IMG/VR virus record: IMGVR_UViG_3300001918_000027
Span: 1 to 62,660 of that record
Strand: one strand, 5' to 3'
From: a virus
Lineage: Duplodnaviria; Caudoviricetes
DNA: 62,660 nt
Under the pieces are notes generated by a model. That model was not told the DNA's origin. It saw nothing but the letters and a program-made list of their open reading frames with translations, and did no database searches. The translations under genes were made by a program, and so were the position numbers. Positions within the stretch are counted from its first letter, which is position 1, and each line of letters begins with the position of its first letter. Positions 57,591 through 62,660 of this stretch are shown here, in pieces.

Positions 57591-57802
57591 TACAATTTAT
57601 ATTTTAAGTTTTTCATGATTTTCTGAATTTCACCAGCTAGTATACCGGAGCCATCAAGCATATTTAATCCTTTGTCAATTGCTTTTATTCCAGCCATAAG
57701 CATGTCATGGTCGCTTTGCAATTCTGCTATTTTAGCCTGTATGGCTCTTGCTGCTTCGTCGATATCAAGCTTTTGCCTGCTTAATGTTACTGTGTCTGAC
57801 AT
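57590..57802 (-). CDS. Hypothetical coiled-coil protein
   Basis: 70 aa, coupled. Confidence 0.5.
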   Translation of the reverse strand: MSDTVTLSRQKLDIDEAARAIQAKIAELQSDHDMLMAGIKAIDKGLNMLDGSGILAGEIQKIMKNLKYKL

Positions 57803-57807
57803 GGTAC

Positions 57808-58065
57808 TTATTTTTTAGATTTCGGTCTATTAATTAATTTACTGTGAAAAAGATATTCCTTTTGGGGCTCAGCTGGAAAGTGTGTTCGCCACCAATGAAG
57901 TCCTTTGGTAACCTGCTTTAATCTTTGAACCACTATTGCACAGTTTACTGCTTCGGCATTCATGAGCCATGCAGAAATACCGGCCTGATAGTAATCCCTG
58001 CCGCTTCTTTTATCCCTGTTGTAATTGCGGTCTAGCCTAAGTAATTTATTTATCCTGATTTTCAT
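57808..58065 (-). CDS. Hypothetical basic protein
   Basis: 85 aa, ATGA-coupled. Confidence 0.5.
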   Translation of the reverse strand: MKIRINKLLRLDRNYNRDKRSGRDYYQAGISAWLMNAEAVNCAIVVQRLKQVTKGLHWWRTHFPAEPQKEYLFHSKLINRPKSKK

Positions 58066-58733
58066 GCTGCTTCTTTTTTAATGTCACCAAATAATGTCCA
58101 GTATTTGAAGGCGAGGTCCTGGTATTGACTTTGCCCCAATTTGTGGTATTTATCACCCCGGGTAATTGGTATTTTGAATACCTGCAAGTTCTTCTTACTT
58201 ACACCAATTAGCATATCCTTACTGGTGCCCTCCATATCCATGTACCAAGCTCTTTGCCTGAAGTATTGGAAGTGGTAACAAGCATCTTCGAACTGCTTTT
58301 GTGTAGTAGCTGTTGTGCTTTTGAGGTCAGCGCATATCTTAAGCAAAGGCTGAGCATAGAAATCCCATTTACAACGAGCATCTAATACGAACTCAAAGCC
58401 ATCATGCTGTAGCTTCCAATTGTGCTTTATGCTCACCTTTTGAGTTTCACTTTTTTCAAATAGCATCTTGCAAAGTGGGTCACGGAGGAAGGCTTTCTTC
58501 ATATCCTCCGCGAGCTTGAATTCTTCCGGCAGATACTTCCATCCGGCACAAGTGAAAGTGTAGTAATTAACCTTTTCGGGCTCGGTAAGCATGCAATCAA
58601 TAAGGGTACCGAACCTATATGCCTTCTCCAGGTCATAGGTAATAGCCGGTGGCTGAAAGTACTTCAGTACCCAGCTGAGGTCGCTATTGCTAACCTCAGG
58701 CCTGCTGTAATATGGGTCCTTAATTGCTTCCAT
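58062..58733 (-). CDS. PD-(D/E)xK exonuclease (RecE/DUF3799-like)
   Basis: VSNSDL, FGTL.D, RCKWD, DLKST, Y.RQ.AWY. Confidence 0.8.
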   Translation of the reverse strand: MEAIKDPYYSRPEVSNSDLSWVLKYFQPPAITYDLEKAYRFGTLIDCMLTEPEKVNYYTFTCAGWKYLPEEFKLAEDMKKAFLRDPLCKMLFEKSETQKVSIKHNWKLQHDGFEFVLDARCKWDFYAQPLLKICADLKSTTATTQKQFEDACYHFQYFRQRAWYMDMEGTSKDMLIGVSKKNLQVFKIPITRGDKYHKLGQSQYQDLAFKYWTLFGDIKKEAA

Positions 58734-58734
58734 C

Positions 58735-59124
58735 TTATTTGCCGATTGCTCGCTGTTTAATAGAAATGTTAATTGCTGCCTTAGCCTTTTCAATTGCGGG
58801 CTTATCATCTGCGAGTTCACCATTACCGCCATGAATGCAGGATTGGAAGCGCTGGATGATATCCTGAAGACACTCGAGCAATTCATTGCGCTCAGATTGT
58901 ATTGTTTGAAAAGCATCGAGTTCAAGATGCCTAACCACCTCCATGAATGCCTCAGGGTTTTCTATGCCTTTCATAGCGTTGACACATTGCACAGTTCTTA
59001 GAGCATCATGTTCGCTTCGGAAGGATGCTATATGTCTTTCAAAGTCCTTGTCGCTGGTACCATCAACTATCTCTGTTGGAAGTCTGAGTTTCCAAGCCTC
59101 CGGAGTATGTCTTATTTGGCTCAT
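58735..59124 (-). CDS. Phage protein of HTP..W family (related to 35025-35378)
   Basis: HTPEAW...V.CVNAM.GI, ELLE.L...A.AAI. Confidence 0.6.
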   Translation of the reverse strand: MSQIRHTPEAWKLRLPTEIVDGTSDKDFERHIASFRSEHDALRTVQCVNAMKGIENPEAFMEVVRHLELDAFQTIQSERNELLECLQDIIQRFQSCIHGGNGELADDKPAIEKAKAAINISIKQRAIGK

Positions 59125-59184
59125 AGTGTCTTAATTATGGCCTCCATGGTTTTACCCACGGAGGCCGTGTGAGTAATGAGTGTG

Positions 59185-60582
59185 TTACTTCCGGTTTACC
59201 GCCTTTATACTGTTTTGGTAAACAAGGAATTTGCTGTTGATTTTCTCGCCGGTTTTCTTTGCATGGTTTTCAGCCCAGGTTTTCATCTGATTCAGGCTTT
59301 TCTTGCCCATGTCCTCAATGCCGAGTTTTACTCCTTCGCTTTGATACCACAGCTGGAAGATTTCAACCCAACCGGCTTGATGCTTTACAACGATATCAAA
59401 GCCGGTGCGGGTTTCCGGAGCCGGTGCATCCGGAGTCGCTTCTATTGCTGCATCGAATAAAGTAGCTGCCTTTGCGCTGGCTGCGGCAAGGTCAGCGGCC
59501 TCCTTGGCCTTGCGGTCGGCTTCGGCCTTTTGGGCTGCGAGTTGAGCCTGCTCCTGCGCCTCTCGGTCGGCTTTCTCCTTAGCCAGTCTGTCTTGTTCGG
59601 CCTTGGCCTCTGCGGCTTTTTGAGCAGCTTGTTCACGAGCTATTTTGGCCTGGGCTTCCAGTCTTTCTTTTTCCGCTGCGCTGGCCTTTGCAATGGCTGC
59701 CTGCCTTTCGGCCTCAGCCTTTCGTGCTGCTTCCTCAGCCGCTATGCGTTGCCTTTCGGCCTCGGCTTCGGCTTCGAGTTCGGCTTTCTTACTTCCAAGG
59801 CGGTCAACCAGGCTTTGCTTTAATTCTGTGCACTCGAGGTTATGCTTTGCAATCCAGGTAGCGAAGTCGTACTCTGTATGAGCTTGTGCCCTTACCTCGA
59901 TAATGTTTTCCTCGGTAAGCAATGGGAACCGAGAAAGCGGTAAATCGTAATGCAGTATTTCGCCCAACTTCGCCTGATTAAAACCTGTGCTTAGGTTACG
60001 AAGCTTTGTGCTACGCTCATCGAAGTCCGCAAGGCTGATGGCATTGAAAGCATTCTGCCATTGCTGCATTTTCTTAAACAGATAGTCTGAAAGAAGCAAG
60101 CCAATCTTTTCCGTAATCCAGGCTTTGAGGTCTGCTTTGGCGGTTTCAATTGCGGCTTTGCGTTCGGCTTCCTTGCGCTTGCGTTCGGCTTCCTCATGTA
60201 ACCACTTTGCGTAATCATCACGGTAAATCTGCAGGGGATTCAGGAGCTCTTTAATCTCGCCCTCTGCTGTGGTAAACATTTTGCTGATCTGGGTGAAAAT
60301 CTGCGTGATGGGCTTTCTGGCTTCCTCCCTGGTTTTGATTGTTTTATTAATTTTTAAAATCATGTCCTTGGTTTCGTTATCAAGGCTTTCATTAAGGCGG
60401 TTGCCATTGGCTCCAATTTTGTCAATCAAGGCTTTGCTGGCTTGCTTAGCCCTTGCCACGCTGGCTTGATGCTGTGCAAGTGTTGCCGGCAATTGTTGAA
60501 TCAGTTCCATACTGCCTTGCACCAGCATGAGGTCTTTATTTTCGGTGGCTGCTTGGGGTGCAGCCTGTATCGCTGTTGTCAT
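59185..60582 (-). CDS. Coiled-coil recombination-module protein with Ala/Glu/Lys-rich tract
   Basis: RKP.TQ.F..I...F motif; lies between RecT and exonuclease. Confidence 0.65.
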   Translation of the reverse strand: MTTAIQAAPQAATENKDLMLVQGSMELIQQLPATLAQHQASVARAKQASKALIDKIGANGNRLNESLDNETKDMILKINKTIKTREEARKPITQIFTQISKMFTTAEGEIKELLNPLQIYRDDYAKWLHEEAERKRKEAERKAAIETAKADLKAWITEKIGLLLSDYLFKKMQQWQNAFNAISLADFDERSTKLRNLSTGFNQAKLGEILHYDLPLSRFPLLTEENIIEVRAQAHTEYDFATWIAKHNLECTELKQSLVDRLGSKKAELEAEAEAERQRIAAEEAARKAEAERQAAIAKASAAEKERLEAQAKIAREQAAQKAAEAKAEQDRLAKEKADREAQEQAQLAAQKAEADRKAKEAADLAAASAKAATLFDAAIEATPDAPAPETRTGFDIVVKHQAGWVEIFQLWYQSEGVKLGIEDMGKKSLNQMKTWAENHAKKTGEKINSKFLVYQNSIKAVNRK

Positions 60583-60619
60583 GTAATTCCGTGTTTATTC
60601 GTTATTGAAATCGGGTTGG

Positions 60620-61633
60620 TTAAAAAACACCGTCGTCATCATCGGCAACAACTGTTGCGGCTGCAGGCGGCTCAGGTGAGAAATGATTATTGCTGTATGT
60701 TTCTGCTGCGGCTTTTTGAGCAGGGCTTGCAGGATGTGCCTGATTGGCAGCTGTGCCCATCTGCTGGTATTCGCCAGCAGGGGTAACAATCATGGTTGGC
60801 GCATAGTGGCCTTGGGCCTGCGGGAGGGCTTGATGCGGCTCCGCTGATGGTATCTGCGGCAAATCATCGCTATCTATTTCGATGTCCTCAAATACTTCAA
60901 CTTGTGCAGGGGTGGTACCTGTGGCCCAGCATTTTTCTTTTGCTGCATGCTTGATTATTTTTGTCCGGAGGAAATTGGGCTCGGGCTGTGTGCCGCCAAT
61001 TATGCCGTTATCCCACAGGCTTTCGGAAAGGTACTCCCTGCCATCCTTAGTTTTCTTCATTATGGTAGCCGGGTTCGGGCTTTTCTTCCTCCATGCCTCC
61101 CAATCACTTTTGCGGTAAATAAAATAAAGGTCTGAACCATTTTCTTTTACTATCACCCTTACATACCCAGCGATAATGATATCACTTTGAAAGTTTTCTA
61201 TATGGTCAACTACTCTTCCATTTCGTACCGGAAAAGTATCACCGTGGTAAACCAGCTTTGCCTGCTCAAATAGCAGAACCTGTCCTGTCCTCATTAGCCT
61301 TTTTACGTAAGCGCCTGCCTGACGATCGAGGCAGGCTTTGCCACCGCGAGCTATGAGGTAAACCTCGTTGTCATTCGGGTCCAGCGAATAACCGTTTACC
61401 GCAGCGGTTGCAAAGCAGGCATACAGACTAAACGGGTCTGCTTTTGCTAAAGCCTCACTCGATGCAATTGCTTGCTTGAAGTGGATCACATTGCGGTGAT
61501 ACATGAGGTCTCCCACTTTTTCTCGGTGGCAAGCATTGTAGTTCTGAATGTAGCGGTCGCGGACAATGTCGAGGTCTGCGATCTTAGCCGGTGGAGTCTT
61601 CTGAATCACCTCCATTACGTTGTTTTTTGTCAT
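60620..61633 (-). CDS. recT: RecT-family single-strand annealing protein
   Basis: SL..C...A..G.SL.P....VYLI.R, LVY.GD.F, KI.KHA.K; acidic C-terminal tail. Confidence 0.8.
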   Translation of the reverse strand: MTKNNVMEVIQKTPPAKIADLDIVRDRYIQNYNACHREKVGDLMYHRNVIHFKQAIASSEALAKADPFSLYACFATAAVNGYSLDPNDNEVYLIARGGKACLDRQAGAYVKRLMRTGQVLLFEQAKLVYHGDTFPVRNGRVVDHIENFQSDIIIAGYVRVIVKENGSDLYFIYRKSDWEAWRKKSPNPATIMKKTKDGREYLSESLWDNGIIGGTQPEPNFLRTKIIKHAAKEKCWATGTTPAQVEVFEDIEIDSDDLPQIPSAEPHQALPQAQGHYAPTMIVTPAGEYQQMGTAANQAHPASPAQKAAAETYSNNHFSPEPPAAATVVADDDDGVF

Positions 61634-61671
61634 CTGAATTGAATTGAATTGTTATTGAAAAATTGAAAAAA

Positions 61672-61845
61672 TTAGTTTAAATATTGAGCGAGGCTGGCGT
61701 ACCTCCTCAGGGCTTCGGTTTGGGCTTGCTCTGATTGTGGGGGCCTTTCTCCCAGCCCTTTGATCCAGTTCGAAACGAAGCAGAGCAAGGCCGTCTGAAG
61801 CTGATATTCGGGCAGTTTTCCTACCCATAGTTTTACGCTGCGCAT
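61672..61845 (-). CDS. Small hypothetical protein (frame uncertain)
   Basis: ORF starting MRSVKLWVGK, fills gap. Confidence 0.35.
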   Translation of the reverse strand: MRSVKLWVGKLPEYQLQTALLCFVSNWIKGLGERPPQSEQAQTEALRRYASLAQYLN

Positions 61846-62231
61846 ACATTTTCTTCCTGTATTTTGAGGCCACATTTTGCAGCCAGTTCTCTGAATTCAA
61901 TTTGCTTCCCGAGGTGGAGGATAAGGGCCCATTCCTGAAGCCCAATTGCCGCAAACCTGTAGCTTGGCAACTCAAGCCTTAGGGTTTCATGCCAGCGCTC
62001 CTCATTGTGGTTGTCGTTCCACACGTTGCACTGTATTTCAAAAGGCTTTACTACAATTCGATACCGGTTGGCGGGATCTATTGATTTTTTGAATACAATG
62101 TGGTTGAGCGATTCGCTGATTTCATACCCGAGGGCTGCCATGAGCTCAGGTATTTCTTCCCCGAGGAGGAAAACAGTGAGATTTTTTTTGTTCATTTGCA
62201 TCGAATTTGAATTGTTATTAAATACCGTCAA
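61833..62231 (-). CDS. Hypothetical protein (start uncertain)
   Basis: 132-aa ORF. Confidence 0.55.
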   Translation of the reverse strand: MTVFNNNSNSMQMNKKNLTVFLLGEEIPELMAALGYEISESLNHIVFKKSIDPANRYRIVVKPFEIQCNVWNDNHNEERWHETLRLELPSYRFAAIGLQEWALILHLGKQIEFRELAAKCGLKIQEENVCAA

Positions 62232-62251
62232 GGGGGTCCAGCCCTTGGCGG

Positions 62252-62446
62252 TTATTTTTTTGCAAGTCGTTTTTGTCTGCCGGCAAGTACAGATGCCAGC
62301 TTTTTTTGAAATTGCTGCGATGCGGCCGGAGTAGAAACACTGGCCTTACCTATCAGCAGGCTCTCCAGCCTTGTAGCTCTTTCCGCAAGCACCTCAGCAG
62401 TTGCCCTTATGCTTGCCAATTCGTTTATGATGGCCTCAGTGCTCAT
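62252..62446 (-). CDS. Hypothetical protein
   Basis: 64 aa, overlaps cro-like gene. Confidence 0.55.
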   Translation of the reverse strand: MSTEAIINELASIRATAEVLAERATRLESLLIGKASVSTPAASQQFQKKLASVLAGRQKRLAKK

Positions 62447-62660
62447 TTAGCCGCTCCATTCTTAAATGAAAAAATCTAATCAACCTCTCTGTGAGGTCGA
62501 TATCTACGCCCTTGCCATGGACGTAGTTATTAACCTTTTCAAATGGTATGGTCAGGGCATCCGCTGCAGCCCTTAGGTCGCTTATCCTCAGTTCGTCTGC
62601 CATTTTTTGAAGGCAGGCCGATAGTCCCTTTAGTTTGATTATTTGGGTGATGTCTCGCAT
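62436..62660 (-). CDS. Putative Cro-like HTH regulator
   Basis: First gene of early operon; AA..L.I....V.NY..G.G pattern. Confidence 0.5.
   Translation of the reverse strand: MRDITQIIKLKGLSACLQKMADELRISDLRAAADALTIPFEKVNNYVHGKGVDIDLTERLIRFFHLRMERLNEH

Larger units (their letters stand above)
1..62660. mobile_element. Temperate Bacteroidota prophage/phage (siphovirus-like); CI repressor and att ends not seen in window
   Basis: Terminase, portal, ClpP protease, capsid, tape measure, lysis, replication and recombination modules; no sheath/baseplate recognised; Bacteroidota-type promoters. Confidence 0.93.

Noticed and set aside
673-62479. Numerous short antisense or overlapping ORFs in the six-frame track (for example 18719-19291, 24708-25175, 35390-35956)
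   Set aside because: Shadows of well-supported genes, with no recognisable motifs.
1-62660. Diversity-generating retroelement or retron
   Set aside because: No reverse transcriptase motif and no TR/VR repeat pair seen.
1-62660. Apparent abundance of CCGG/ACCGGT/GGTACC palindromes
   Set aside because: Impression only; needs a Markov-corrected k-mer count against the host genome.

Overview
The window is almost entirely a temperate, probably long-tailed (siphovirus-like) prophage or phage of a Bacteroidota host. The host inference rests on TAnnTTTG-type promoters, AT-rich translation starts and the protein families. Most genes are on the minus strand. Read in transcription order from right to left: cro-like HTH, RecT/exonuclease recombination genes, two tRNAs (fMet, Cys), ParB, HNH, SNF2/HARP helicase, replication initiator with internal iterons, methyltransferases, RuvC-like resolvase, Tad2-like DUF2829, terminase, tail chaperone with a -1 frameshift, tail genes and tape measure, ClpP protease, capsid, major tail, portal, accessory virion genes, holin, u-spanin, endolysin and a beta-helix protein. 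Two plus-strand islands interrupt the late region. One (13.5-20.7 kb) carries SNF2 helicase, GNAT, IbrA-like PP-loop/DUF3440, IbrB-like ParB and a tyrosine recombinase; the other (34.4-37.9 kb) carries small genes separated by a recurring hairpin. The most striking observation is a tandem pair of integron-type gene cassettes at 45225-46668. Each has its own ~130-bp attC-like hairpin and self-complementary ends. They sit at a G^TT that is the complement of a phage stop codon, their genes are antisense to the attC, and one attC supplies the methyltransferase's start codon. All product calls come from motif recognition by eye; no database search was run.
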